This document shows positions 13,442 through 26,635 of a DNA stretch of 64,000 bases, piece after piece. The first letter of the stretch is position 1. Each line of letters opens with the position of its first letter. Location: contig OZ249436.1 in assembly GCA_965235115.1 (NCBI GenBank), forward strand, positions 5,644,001-5,708,000, written 5' to 3'. The DNA comes from Laetmonice hystrix (taxonomy: Eukaryota). Made by a program: the position numbers and the translations under genes. The notes under the pieces were generated by a model. That model was given only the letters and a program-made list of their open reading frames with translations. It made no database searches and was not told the DNA's origin.

Positions 13442-13697
13442 GGTGGGTAGCGGTGGGTGGCAGGCAGACAGACAGGCTGGGTGGATGGTTGGCTGGCTGG
13501 CTGGCTAGATGGCCACAGCTGCCGGGAGGAAGGACCGCCGGCCAATACTGTGGCACCGTTTTCCAATGCGCACAGATCCGTCAATGAAGCAAAGCCAGGA
13601 CTGGCACCTGGCCCCCGACTGACGCTTATACTGACGCTTATAGAAACCTTATTGTGATGACATTATTAGAGACAGAGTGGCATGGCTATCCTTCTGA

Positions 13698-13712
13698 CCT
13701 ATACAAAACGTG
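13698..13712 (-). other. Candidate splice acceptor of the GPRIN-like coding exon (5' UTR intron)
   Basis: Minus strand reads CGTTTTGTATAG|GTCAG about 255 nt upstream of the ATG. A second candidate acceptor, TTGGTTTCAG|GTAG, lies at 14384. Confidence 0.4.
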
Positions 13713-14573
13713 GTTGAAATTGTCAAGGTAGCGTCAGGCCACCCCCTTGTTACCGTACTGGGTGGGAATTGAGTAATATCTGAGCGGTGAAGTGCCAAAA
13801 TCATATGAATTGTCTTTCCAGATCAAACAAAATAACACATATTGCATGTTGATACTGTTTGCCACTCAAACATATCTCACTTTCAAATCTAAAACCTTTC
13901 AATAATTGCACAGCCTTTTCGTGCCTAATATGAATCATCATAGTCCGATTGATTTTCTTTGTCTAGATAACCATTTCCCTGCGTAGTGCAGACAGAGCTA
14001 TTTAGCTTTCTTCTTTGATAATGCCCGTAGGTCCACGAACAACCTGACATTTTCCAGGGCAGGAACCCCGAACAAATGCAATGCCAGATGAAGACGACTA
14101 ATAGTGCAGAAGTAAAAGTTGTATCAGGAAAGTAACAAAGGCTTAACAAAGGCCGCTCTGGCCTTTATGTCTCAGGTTTCATGGCGTCCCAAAGGTCAAG
14201 GGCCAGTGCAGCGCCGAACTGTACTCCCAAACTAAAAGCTTCCTGGTGCGGGGTTGATGTCTGCCTGATACTGGCTCAAGTCGTGAACCTGTTCTTGGCA
14301 GGAAATCACCAGCGCAGGCATGGATTGAGTTACGGTAGGAAACCCGTGGTCGATTCTCGCCATTCTGTCTCTGTGACGTCTACCTGAAACCAATACAGAC
14401 ACATCCGTTCACATTATTGGAATGGAGTATTCAACAACCAAAATCTTCCAATTTGGCCACAGCGCGCTGTGCGCGGTTATTTTAAGCACGTCTGACCTTT
14501 AATGATACAGCACCTACCGGCTGCTAATAGGTTAACCCAAATTTAGGCTTCAACTTACGTTAGTATAAGATTT

Positions 14574-15390
14574 ACAACAAATAAATATTACATTACAATT
14601 TGGAGTTTACTGCTGCATCATGGGTTATGTAACAGACTTACAACAAATAAATATTACAATTTGGAGTTTACTGCCGCATCATGGGTTATGTAACAGACTT
14701 AGCCTATACAACAAATAAATATTACAATTTGGAGTTTACTGTCGCATCATGGGTTATGTAACAGACTTACAACAAATAAATATTACAATTTGGAGTTTAC
14801 TACCGCATCATGGGTTATGAAACAGACTTACAACAAATAAATATTACAATTTGGAGTTTACTGCCGCATCATGGGTTATGTAACAGACTTACAACAAATA
14901 AATATTACAATTTGGAGTTTACTGCCGCATCATGGGTTATGTAACAGACTTACAACAAATAAATATTACAATTTGGAGTTTACTGTCGCATCATGGGTTA
15001 TGTAACAGACTTACAACAAATAAATATTACAATTTGGAGTTTACTGTCGCATCATGGGTTATGTAACAGACTTAAACAAATAAATATTACAATTTGGAGT
15101 TTACTGTCGCATCATGGGTTATGTAACAGACTTACAACAAATAAATATTACATTACAATTTGGAGTTTACTGCCACATCATGGGTTATGTAACAGACTTA
15201 CAACAAATAAATATTACAATTTGGAGTTTACTGTCGCATCATGGGTTATGTAACAGACTTACAACAAATAAATATTACATTACAATTTGGAGTTTACTGT
15301 CGCATCATGGGTTATGTAACAGACTTACAACAAATATATATTACATTACAATTTGGAGTTTACTGCCGCATCATGGGTTATGTATACAGA
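14574..15390. repeat. Tandem repeat, 61-bp unit (66-bp variant), ~13 copies
   Basis: ACAACAAATAAATATTACAATTTGGAGTTTACTG(C/T)CGCATCATGGGTTATGTAACAGACTT. Confidence 0.96.
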
Positions 15391-18190
15391 CTCGTAACTG
15401 ACAACCAAACCTAGACCACCTGGGGCTAACTTCCTTTGACGCGCGACATAAATTCTACGTGGTATGGAAATATACGGTAAACGCGTTGAATCGACAAGGA
15501 TAGTTTTTTATCGTTTCAATTCTCTGTCCTGTTTCAAAGTATAAAATATATATTAAACCGGGCCAATAGGCCATACAATATATATTGATAAGACCGGGCT
15601 GACATTAACAGTTGTCCAATTCGTGTAGCGTGTTGCTGCACTTCCGAGAATAGGTCCGCCTTGATTAAAACGGCAGTAGAATCTTGGTTAATCCCCGGAT
15701 TAATGTAATCAACAGCAGTTGTATAGGATAAGTCTGAATCAGTCTTTCCTCCCATAAAGGTGCATGACATGTACACCCATACATGTAGGCGATACACCGT
15801 ACGTTGACCTGGACCGATGACGTACTTCGAAAGAAGTAATGGCTTATAGTACGTCATCCAAGCGCGTGTACGTCAGTCGTAGTCATTTGTGAATATGGCT
15901 CCGGGGTAGGCCCGTTAATAGACGCTCTTTCCTTACATCATGTTCCCCTAACGTACATCTGATTGGTCGTCCGTGTAAAGGTGAAAGGGTCAGTATAGAA
16001 ATCGTTTCATTCCTCCCTTCATATCACGCAATCTGACGCTTCGATCCTTGGCCGTGAGGCCGGGAACAAATTGACAGTCACGAAGGCATTGCCCAAATGA
16101 TGGAGATTGACAAACACATAGAGGTAAGGAGATATGTACGACATACGACGTATACCTACTCGACTTTGTCATCGATCTCAGCGTCGTTCGGCCTCAGTTG
16201 TCGCATCAGATGGAGTGGCTCTAGAAGGCCGTGGCGCCACACCGCATTTGTGGCATGAGAAAGGTTACCCTTGATGGGTAATCTAATTCGAGGTCAATTG
16301 GCACGAGTCCAACCACATAGTACGTCTAGCAACAAATGGTCTCAATTACGTCGCCAATAGCTAAAACTGTAGCCGAGTGGTTGGATACAACCTTGAGGCA
16401 GTCAGGGTGTCAAATTCTAACCGTGTGCTAGACATTCCAATAAAACTATTGTCTGCCACCGTCGATTATAATCTTTCCATTGGAACACACCGACCCATCC
16501 GAGAATTTCAGGTTGAAAGTCCACCAAGAAAAGGGATTTGCGTCCTTTTCGCAGACGAGAGTTGGAATATGTTTTCCATGAACCGCCAGCCGTCGTGTTG
16601 ACTGAGAAGTACGCCTCCCGTCGACTGTCGATTAGTCGACTGTCGATTAGTTGTTGATTGCTTATCAAGTCGGCACTTGGAGACAATTCATACCGACAGC
16701 AGACAACCTCGTCGATCCAAATGTAAAGCTATAAGATGGACTACTTCCCCACCCTCTGCCACGGGTACTGAGGGATCTTTATAAACCGTGTAGTCTCGCC
16801 CACACTGCAATACTGCCTCGAAAATCTACTCGTCGACAAAAACGTACACCTCTAAATGTCACCTTTCTCGACCTATCGTGTTCGAGGCGTAATTAAGGCT
16901 AGGTAATTTGTTAATGTATTACGATATCACCTGTTTAACCTTTGGAAACAAGGACCGATAATTACGGTGTGCCAGTGGCTTATGGCTACTAAAGTATGAA
17001 AAGAAGCAGCACTAGATGTCATGTATGACACATGTAGCAACTATTGCAGTGTGTTAGTGGCAAGGTAGAGTTGGCGAGTGGCAGGTATGTGAAAGTGAGC
17101 TTTCTAAGTTGGGATTATTGTAGTTTCAGCGGAAATCTCAACGGAAAGTTCTTCATTGTAGGCGAGGAAACATTTCTGTGATGTATAGAATTATTATCAT
17201 ATCGCCCTCCTCCCCCCCCCCTCCCCCACCTTCACACAGAATGTGTTCTGCCAGTTATTGTGTTACAATCTGGAGACTAGAGCGGTGCGTCCCTTCGTGC
17301 GTGCATACGGCCGTGACATTCAACCTTCCGCCAAGGTCACTGCCCTCTTGATGAACAGCGCATAACGTCATATGAACGTCGTGAGAGTAATCGATAGCCC
17401 GTATGAACGCACAACGCAAGACAAATCGAAATGGGTTGGCAGTGTTCCCGCCTCCCTGCTGCCTCAATGCGCCTGGGCTGAGTGCAGGATAGATCCGCCG
17501 CGGACCCAAGCGACAGAAGGGTTCCTGGCTCTCTGTTATAACACCGCGCTATCCGGTTATAAAGCGGGTACTCGGAAGTGCACTTTCCCATGAAAAAGTG
17601 CGACAAGATAAAGTCGCAGACAAGTCAGATATGAAATCAACGATTTAATGTTTGTAGTGCCTAATATAATAGTTAGGCCTAGAGCAACACGGGCGGATCC
17701 ACATTTTTTCTAACTTGCTAAACCATCTTGGTTGGTGCACTGAACTAGGGAGCCGGGGGGGGGGGGGGTCCTACAAAGTTGTGATTATAGCTGATGGCTG
17801 AAACATTCCTCCTGATCCGTCAATGAGCAACATGACGGATACTTCTGACTTCCCCTAGTTTGTCGCATCCTAACAACATTACTGTCCAATAAATCTAAAG
17901 CTAAATCGCTGCTGAAGCAGTATTTATAACTGTGTTTTTATTTCAATCATTTATAACAGTAAACTTTTACGTACAATCCGCGGGTATTATGCCATTATCC
18001 CGACAATAAAAGGTATACAGAAGACTCAGTGCAATTATTTTTCTATCTTCTTACAGTAAACGGTAACATGCATGATATTTTTTCATGTTTCCTTAACTTT
18101 AACAAAAATGGCATATCTTCTGCCCTTGGGGCCGCTTCCATCACTGCCGGGGGCCTCGGGTCTGCCCTTGGGGCCGCTTCTATCACTGCC

Positions 18191-18454
18191 GGGGGCCTCG
18201 GGTGGCCGAGTGGTCTAAGGTGTTGGCTCATGACACCTAGGACCATCGCCTCACACCACTGCGGTTCGGGTTCCATCCCCGGCCAGCGCTGCATGTGTGA
18301 AAGGTTTGTCAGTTCCTCCCCGAAGGTCGGTGGTTTCTTCCGGGTCTTCCGGTTTCCTTCACCAAGAAAAATTGACTTTCATCATCATCTTCACCGCCGT
18401 CATATGACCCTGGCTGTTGCAAGGCGTAAACCCCCAAATACCCACCCACCCACC
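18191..18454 (+). mobile_element. tRNA-derived SINE with V-SINE-like central domain and (CCCA)n tail
   Basis: A box TGGCCGAGTGG (18203-18213) and B-box-like GGTTCCATCCC. Central GGTGGTTTCTTCCGGGTCTTCCGGTTTCCTTCACC. 3' end GGCGTAAACCCCCAAA followed by a simple tail. 12-bp TSD TC(T/C)ATCACTGCC at 18179-18190 and 18455-18466. Confidence 0.88.
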
Positions 18455-19115
18455 TCCATCACTGCCCCTATCATCAACTTTGGCAAAGCTGTCAGGTCCG
18501 CAGGTATATATGTAGCCACTAGGTGGCAGTGACTGTGAGACCGGTCGGTATGAAGCGCCCCCATGTGGGAGGATCGATAACCTTGGCTACCAAACATTGA
18601 ACCATCCATTTTGTATATCAGCGATTTGTTTCGCCCATTTGAAGAATTTAATTATACTGTAAGGGAAGACCAGATCAGATTGAGTCTATCTAGATGTACT
18701 CTCCGTTAAAATGAATGATTATAAATATAAATTTATGTAAGAAGAAATTCACTTATACAATTCATTCTGAGTACTTTGCTCATTGACGCTGTCAAGACAT
18801 AATTAGGGCACCCGTCGCCCTCCCCCCCATTACGACCCCCATTGAATTCATACTCCCAATTAAAACCATCTTTGTGTCCGCCCATTGTGCCGGTGGTTGT
18901 GATGGTATATGTGCAAGTTCCCTCTCCTCCATGGAATAAAAGAAAACGTTTCCTCCTGGTGGCGGCGTGCGGCAGTGACACGCCTGCTCTGACATCGTTC
19001 TGGATTTTTGTCAGGAAGGCAGAGAAACACTTGTCAGGAGCCTGTGAATAATGAATGGCTAGACTAACTGTGGGCTTTTCAAGCTTGGTAATGGACGTCA
19101 GTTACCAGCCACCGG

Positions 19116-19661
19116 TGTAACGATTTCAAGTTCCCCCTCATTCAAGTTCCCTCAGATCCCCCTCCCCAGGGAACTTGAAAACGTTTTCAAATTCCCGGGG
19201 GGGGGGGTGATTTTAAAATCGTTTTCAGATCCCCCCCCCCCATTTTAAAATTCACCCAACCAGGAATCTGCCCCCCCCCCCCCCACTCGATCCCTTGACC
19301 CCACTCAACCTCTGCCCTACTCAACCCGTGACTCCCCCTGTTAAAATACTGCGCTCCGGGCCCATGTGACGTCACGCATCCGTTCCCCTGGCAGAGCACA
19401 CAGCCTGGCAGCCGTTACATGTTCTATCACTTTAAGTTCCTGGGGGAGGGAAAGTTAAATCGTGGGAGGGAATCCGAAAACGTTTTCAAGTTCCCGGGGG
19501 GGGGGGGATTTGAAAACGTTTTCAAGTTCCCGTGGGGGGAGGGGGGTGGGTGGAGGAATTTGAAAACGTTTTCAAGTTCCCGTGGGGGAGGGGGTGGGTG
19601 GAGGAATTTGAAAACGTTCCCGGGGGGTAACTTGAATGAGGGGGAACTTAAAATCGTTACA
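19116..19661. mobile_element. Non-autonomous DNA transposon with TGT...ACA termini and CCGG TSD (Ginger-like)
   Basis: TIR TGTAACGATTT(C/T)AAGTTCCCCCTCATTCAAGTT at both ends. CCGG at 19112-19115 and 19662-19665. Internal subterminal repeats GAAAACGTTTTCAAGTTCCC. Confidence 0.85.
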
Positions 19662-20015
19662 CCGGCCCTCCTAACGTCATTGTTCAATACAAAAGTCGTC
19701 ACCTCAGAGAAAACGGAACGAAATTTCCCATTTGACTTCCCGCCTTATACAATTGACTAAGATTTCAATCCGTTAGAAGACGCTGAGAAAATCGTTCAAT
19801 CTATTAAAAAGACGTCTAGAAATCTAATAATGCTAATGTCATTAAATAATGTAGTCCACAGTGTGCTGGAGGCTAAACGACTAATTGAAACGGCTAGCAG
19901 TGGTGGATTTAGGGGGGGGGGGCACCCGGCCCGGCCCCCTATTTTCCAAACTCTTGCCTATTTAACCACTGTCCCCTGATAATGGGTCACTGATTATCCA
20001 CCAAAAGGTGGGGCC

Positions 20016-20199
20016 CAATATACCAATGGTGCATGCAATATACCAATGGTGCATACAATATACCAATGGTGCATACAATATACCAATGGTGCATACAATA
20101 TACCAATGGTGCATACAATATACCAATGGTGCATACAATATACCAATGGTGCATGCAATATACCAATGGTGCATACAATATACCAATGGTGCATGCAAT
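20016..20199. repeat. Tandem repeat, 20-bp unit (CAATATACCAATGGTGCATA), ~9 copies
   Basis: Direct reading. Confidence 0.96.
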
Positions 20200-21649
20200 C
20201 ACTTAATTCCCACCGAGGTATAGGCCTCCGTATGCTATGACTAAGTGTTACTTTTTATTGCCCCCTCCCCAATCTCTTAAAGTTAAATATTATGATATTT
20301 CTGTTCACCAAACTTGCTTTTTGTGACAACAGAATATTAAATTTTTGATATGTTGCCAAAAACCATTATGAACCAATTACCATGCACTTAAGCAAGCATC
20401 ATTCAGTCACACTCCTGTAGATCGATACTACCATGTCTTTTATGCAAAGGTATGATTATGGCTTGCCCCCCCCCCCCCACCTCCCACCCCCATCACGGGC
20501 CAAGTGGTATCTTCCACACAGGTGGAGGTCACGGAAGTCAATGATAGCAGTACTTCCCGGCTCTAAGTCAGACAGTTTCTTCACGAAACAGAGACGAGAC
20601 AAAAATCTATAGGAGCAAGGTCAAGGCTGACACCTTCAGGGAGAGTTCCGAGAATATTCTCTGAATGATGTACTACAGGATCTTGTTAATTGCCTTCACC
20701 ATGGTAACGGTGCCGTATCTAAATTGCTTTCTGAGATGAATTTGTTCTGGACTTTAAAAACATGTCATTACACACAATTTTCCTCCTAATCACTTGTTGT
20801 GAAGTAATTGACGGAGGAGGGGTTCATCTCTTTGTTAACATCTGTTCAAATTATGAAAGGAAGAAATAAACTTCTTATCAATACCCCTCGCCTCGCCCCT
20901 AACCCTTTCTCCAATTTCGCGGGGGAAGTAACTGTTGATATATTATTATTATCTGTATAGTTTTTATCTTGGCATTATCAGTATCTGTCATTGAACGCTT
21001 CGCTTGCCATTTTCATGCTTCTCGCCATACTCCTATTTCTCCTCAGTTGTTAAGTGGCGCACAGCACAGGCGCTGCAGATAATCATAGCCCCCACTTGGT
21101 TAAATACCTCTTCTAGCTCTCAGCTCTCTTGTCAGAATAATTATTGTGTGCCAGTCTTTCACTCATATGTAGAAGGTAACCTTAATTAGGTGTTTCGAGA
21201 GCCAGCTGTCTGGCGCGCTATAACCATCTTGAGCGTCTTATTGATCTAATTTCCACCGAGGGCCGGAACCGAAGCCGACAGCTCACAGAGAAAGCCGTGC
21301 CATTCTTGAGGTCGCCCCACTGGTACCACAAGGTCTTACAGTACAATGTGGGGAGGCAACCTGTGCTGAATGACGTCTGGTCAAATTATACATTATACAT
21401 GGACAGCAAACAGGCACAGGGTCAGGAAGCTGAGATTACTTGTCGTTCGGGGAATCTTTCTCTTATCACCAGAGAGAACTCCATGGATTCTAAAATACTT
21501 GTTTATTCCGGTTACAACCAACGGTTCACCACTCTATAGCTACTACTGTCATGTAAGTTATACATATAGAAAAACAATGTATTATTCCTTATTTTCTATA
21601 ATATTAAACCCATGGTGATAATTATAATAGTTTTACCGGCATTTCGGAG

Positions 21650-21761
21650 AGCTATAGAGAAAGACAGAAAGGTAGAGAGGCTGACAGGCAGACGAAGAGA
21701 GAGAAATACACAGCGCGACAGAGAGACAGACAGAGAGACAGACAGAGAGACAGACAGACAG

Positions 21762-21806
<45 letters not shown>

Positions 21807-21846
21807 CAGAGAGAGAGAGGGGGCGGAGAGAGAGAGAGAGACAGGC

Positions 21847-21881
<35 letters not shown>

Positions 21882-21892
21882 GAGCCAGCCAG
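21650..21892. repeat. Compound (GA)n/(GACA)n microsatellite
   Basis: Direct reading. Confidence 0.95.
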
Positions 21893-22024
21893 ATGAACGA
21901 TATCAATATCAGGTCTTCAAATTTTGGTCAACAGGAAATACATGTTTCCGATGGATTAGAGAGAAAGGTAGAAATGTTACACTTTAGTCAGTGCTTTAGT
22001 ATTAAACCCTGCATATCCTTTTAA

Positions 22025-22303
22025 AGGGGCGAAAACAAAACAAAAACAACCCCCCAAAAATGGGTGAAAATCGTTGCCTTGGCCGAGAAATGCCAGAACT
22101 TCCAACAGGGTCACTTGCGGGCCACGCCCCCTCTACAATGCTTAACTACTAAATTTCAATGTACACCGACATTCACTTTGGGGGCTGCCTGTGGCTTGAT
22201 TACAGGCAAATCAACGCTATTTTCAGGGTAGGAATATTTATTTCGGATCTCTTTACGATATCATATCAGAAAAACGCAAAGTCTGTCGAAAAATGGTGCC
22301 CCT
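22025..22303. mobile_element. Probable Kolobok-like MITE (TTAA target, AGGGGC...GCCCCT ends)
   Basis: TTAA|AGGGGC at 22021 and GCCCCT|TTAA at 22298-22307, the same termini as the element at 35577. The TIR match is short. Confidence 0.55.
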
Positions 22304-22661
22304 TTAAGGTTTTTATGCAGAACGATAGCGTGGCATGGTTAAACGACTTGACAATGTACACGTACAATGTACACGTACGTCGATTAAGTTTATAGCTCTA
22401 TAAACAGTGCCGGCGGTTCGCGATACCAGCTGTTTGATCGTTGCTAGCATTTTGTCAAGTGGACTGTTCGATCCGGATGCCGGGACCTGCTTGAGTTCTG
22501 TGTGACAGCATCAATGAAGGAGAGTGTAGTACAAACTGACTGACATCCTTCTAACTGAGCATTCAGTGCTATCAGCTCTCTAAGATTGGTGGATAGAATC
22601 AATGACCCTTACTGTCGACAACCGTCTCTGAGCGGAGTGTGATTGTAGTAGTGTAGGGAAA

Positions 22662-25600
22662 GTTACCGAATGTACACGTTCTATACGATCTCCGGCACTG
22701 CGACTGGCGCCTGTCTCTGTCACAGTCCGCCATGTGAGGCGATGATTACCGAATGTACACGTTCTCTGGCACTGCGACTGGCGCCTGTCACAGTCCGCCA
22801 CGTGAGGCGATGATTACCGAATGTACACATTCTATACGATCTCTGGCACTGCGACTGGCGCCTGTCTCTGTCCGCCACGTGAGGCGATGATTACCGAATG
22901 TACACGTTCGATACGATCTCTGGCACTGCGACTGGCGCCTCTCTCTGTCTCTGTCCGCCACGTGAGGCGATGATTACCGAATGTACACGTTCTCTGGCAC
23001 TGCGACTGGCGCCTGTTTCTGTCACAGTCAGCCACGTGAGGCGATGATTACCGAATGTACACGTTCGATACGTTCTCTGGCACTGCGACTGGCGCCTGTC
23101 TCTGTCACAGTCCGCCACGTGAGGCGATGATTACCGAATGTACACGTTCGATACGTTCTCTGGCACTGCGACTGGCGCCTGTCTCTGTCACAGTCCGCCA
23201 CGTGAGGCGATGATTACCGAATGTACACGTTCAATACGATCTCTGGCACTGCGACTGGCGCCTGTCTCTGTCCGCCACGTGAGGCGATGATTACCGAATG
23301 TACACGTTCGATACGATCTCTGGCACTGCGACTGGCGCCTGTTTCTGTCACAGTCAGCCACGTGAGGCGATGATTACCGAATGTACACGTTCGATACGTT
23401 CTCTGGCACTGCGACTGGCGCCTGTCTCTGTCACAGTCCGCCACGTGAGGCGATGATTACCGAATGTACACGTTCGATACGATCTCTGGCACTGCGACTG
23501 GCGCCTGTCTCTGTCCGCCACGTGAGGCGATGATTACCGAATGTACACGTTCGATACGATCTCTGGCACTGCGACTGGCGCCTGTCTCTGTCACAGTCCG
23601 CCACGTGAGGCGATGATTACCGAATGTACACGTTCTATACGATCTCTGGCACTGCGATAGGCGCCTGTCTCTGTCCGCCACGTGAGGCGATGATTACCGA
23701 ATGTACACGTTCGATACGATCTCTGGCACTGCGACTGGCGCCTGCCTCTGTCACAGTCCGCCACGTGAGGGGGTGAATACCGAATGTACACGTTCAACAC
23801 GATCTCTGGCACTGCGACTGGCGCCTGTCTTTGTCCCCCACGTGAGGCGATGATTACCGAATGTACACGTTCGATACGATCTCTGGCACTGCGACTGGCG
23901 CCTGTCACAGTCCGCCACGTGAGGCGATGATTACCGAATGTACACGTTCGATACGATCTCCGGCACTGCGACTGGCGCCTGTCTCTGTCCGCCACGTGAG
24001 GCGATGATTACCGAATGTACACGTTCGATACGATCTCTGTCCCTGCGACTGGCGCCTGTCTCCGTCTCTGTCCGCCACGTGAGGCGATGATTACCGAATG
24101 TACACGTTCAACACGATCTCTGACACTGCGACTGGCGCCTGTCTCAGTCCGCCACGTGAGGCGATGATTACCGAATGTACACGTTCAACACGATCTCTGA
24201 CACTGCGACTGGCGCCTCTCTCAGTCCGCCACGTGAGGCGATGATTACCGAATGTACACGTTCGATACGATCTCTGGCACTGCGACTGGCGCCTGTCTCT
24301 GTCCGCCACGTAAGGCGATGATTACCGAATGTACACGTTCAACACGATCTCAGGCACTGCGACTGGCGCCTGTCTCAGTCACAGTCCGCCACGTGAGGCG
24401 ATGATTACCGAATGTACACGTTCGACACGATCTCCGGCACTGCGACTGGCGCCTGTCTCTGTCCGCCACGTGAGGCGATGATTACCGAATGTACACGTTC
24501 GATACGATCTCTGGCACTGCGACTGGCGCCTGTCACAGTCCCCCACGTGAGGCGATGATTACCGAATGTACACGTTCGATACGATCTCTGGCACTGCGAC
24601 TGGCGCCTGTCTCTGTCCGCCACGTGAGGCGATGATTACCGAATGTACACGTTCGATACGATCTCTGGCACTGCGACTGGCGCCTGTCTCTGTCCGCCAC
24701 GTGAGGCGATGATTACCGAATGTACACGTTCGATACGATCTCTGGCACTGCGACTGGCGCCTGTCTCTGTCCGCCACGTGAGGCGATGATTACCGAATGT
24801 ACACGTTCGATACGATCTCTGGCACTGCGACTGGCGCCTGTCTCTGTCCGCCACGTGAGGCGATGATTACCGAATGTACACGTTCGATACGATCTCTGGC
24901 ACTGCGACTGGCGCCTGTCTCTGTCCGCCACGTGAGGCGATGATTACCGAATGTACACGTTCGATACGATCTCTGGCACTGCGACTGGCGCCTGTCTCTG
25001 TCTCTGTCCGCCTCGTGAGGCGATGATTACCGAATGTACACGTTCGATACGATCTCTGGCACTGCGACTGGCGCCTGTCTCTGTCCGCCACGTGAGGCGA
25101 TGATTACCGAATGTACACGTTCAACACGATCTCTGGCACTGCGACTGGCGCCTGTCTCTGTCCGCCACGTGAGGCGATGATTACCGAATGTACACGTTCG
25201 ATACGATCTCTGGCACTGCGACTGGCGCCTGCCTCTGTCCGCCACGTGAGGCGATGATTACCGAATGTACACGTTCGACACGATCTCTGGCACTGCGACT
25301 GGCGCCTGTCTCTGTCCGCCACGTGAGGCGATGATTACCGAATGTACACGTTCGACACGATCTCTGGCACTGCGACTGGCGCCTGTTTCTGTCACAGTCC
25401 GCCACGTGAGGCGATGATTACCGAATGTACACGTTCGACACGATCTCCGGCACTGCGACTGGCGCCTGTCTCTGTCCGCCACGTGAGGCGATGATTACCG
25501 AATGTACATGTTCAATACGATCTCTGGCACTGCGACTGGCGCCTGTCTCTGTCCGCCACGTGAGGCGATGATTACCGAATGTACACGTTCGACACGATCT

Positions 25601-25807
25601 CTGGCACTGCGACTGGCGCCTGTTTCTGTCACAGTCCGCCACGTGAGGCGATGATTACCGAATGTACACGTTCGACACGATCTCCGGCACTGCGACTGGC
25701 GCCTGTCTCTGTCCGCCACGTGAGGCGATGATTACCGAATGTACATGTTCAATACGATCTCTGGCACTGCGACTGGCGCCTGTCTCTGTCCGCCACGTGA
25801 GGCGATG
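22662..25807. repeat. CpG-rich satellite, 77-bp unit (83-bp and shorter variants), ~40 copies
   Basis: TTACCGAATGTACACGTTCGATACGATCTCTGGCACTGCGACTGGCGCCTGTCTCTGTCCGCCACGTGAGGCGATGA. This is the source of the many 'MADRDRRQSQCQ' pseudo-ORFs. Confidence 0.97.
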
Positions 25808-26635
25808 AGAACACGCCTATTTACCAGTCGATGTGTATCTACACTCGAAGGACTGTTTCCACTAAGGCGGTTAACATCACCCTTTTATTTTACTGAGATT
25901 AAAGGATGGAACCCATTTCCAGAAACAGGGAAGGCCAGCCAAGAAATATTACAGTGAAATTCCACCATTAAATCAAAAATCGCATAGATATCGCACGGAC
26001 AATCGCCTAGGTGGATTTATGCATAATGTAAGAACGATGAATGTGAATGTTTCATGAAGATGCTAATTGAGTTGCAGGACCGGCTAAAACGACCAGTAAT
26101 AATGGTAGGCACAATACTATTTATAGGAACTCTCTATAATATACTTAATGAGTTCTCTCAGGGCTAATTTTGCACAAGTAACGATTTAATTAAATGTACA
26201 GAAAATCTGTTCATCCAAACGGCCGCACACAATCATAGAAGTTATTTAATATCGCCGTATAAAGCACCTGGCCATGTGGCAAGGGAGCGGGCGACGGGGA
26301 GTTGAGGCTGTACTCCCACCGTACACGACGCCGCGCACTGAGAAATTTGATCAAATTTAACAGAAAGTTCTCTTTAACAGTCACCCGTCTTTAAATGGGA
26401 CACATTATTTTTGGTGAAAAGAGCATCCGTGCAGCAGAAGGGCAGCCTAACCAGACATCACGTTGCATCACGCGCCTCTGGGAGCCGCTTGCATGATTTT
26501 CGCATAGCTTTCCTTCGGTGAATCCTCATGTATTTTGAATGAGGATTTAAACGAGATCTCTCTGGTTGGAACAACCTTTTTTCTACTTTCAAAAGTGGAG
26601 CCAGTTTCCCTGTTCCCAACTTCCCGACTGTTTTC

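Noticed and set aside
14232..14363. 43-aa minus-strand ORF (MARIDHGF...) after a candidate acceptor
   Set aside because: No coding evidence. At most a uORF in an unverified GPRIN 5' UTR exon.
18191..18290. tRNA gene
   Set aside because: A/B boxes are present, but there is no canonical cloverleaf and it continues into a SINE body, tail and TSD
22580..25957. Cluster of near-identical ~72-aa Cys/Arg ORFs that looks like a peptide gene family or CRISPR array
   Set aside because: They are 77-bp satellite units read through successive frames, mostly with non-ATG starts. There are no unique spacers and no cas genes, and the context is eukaryotic.
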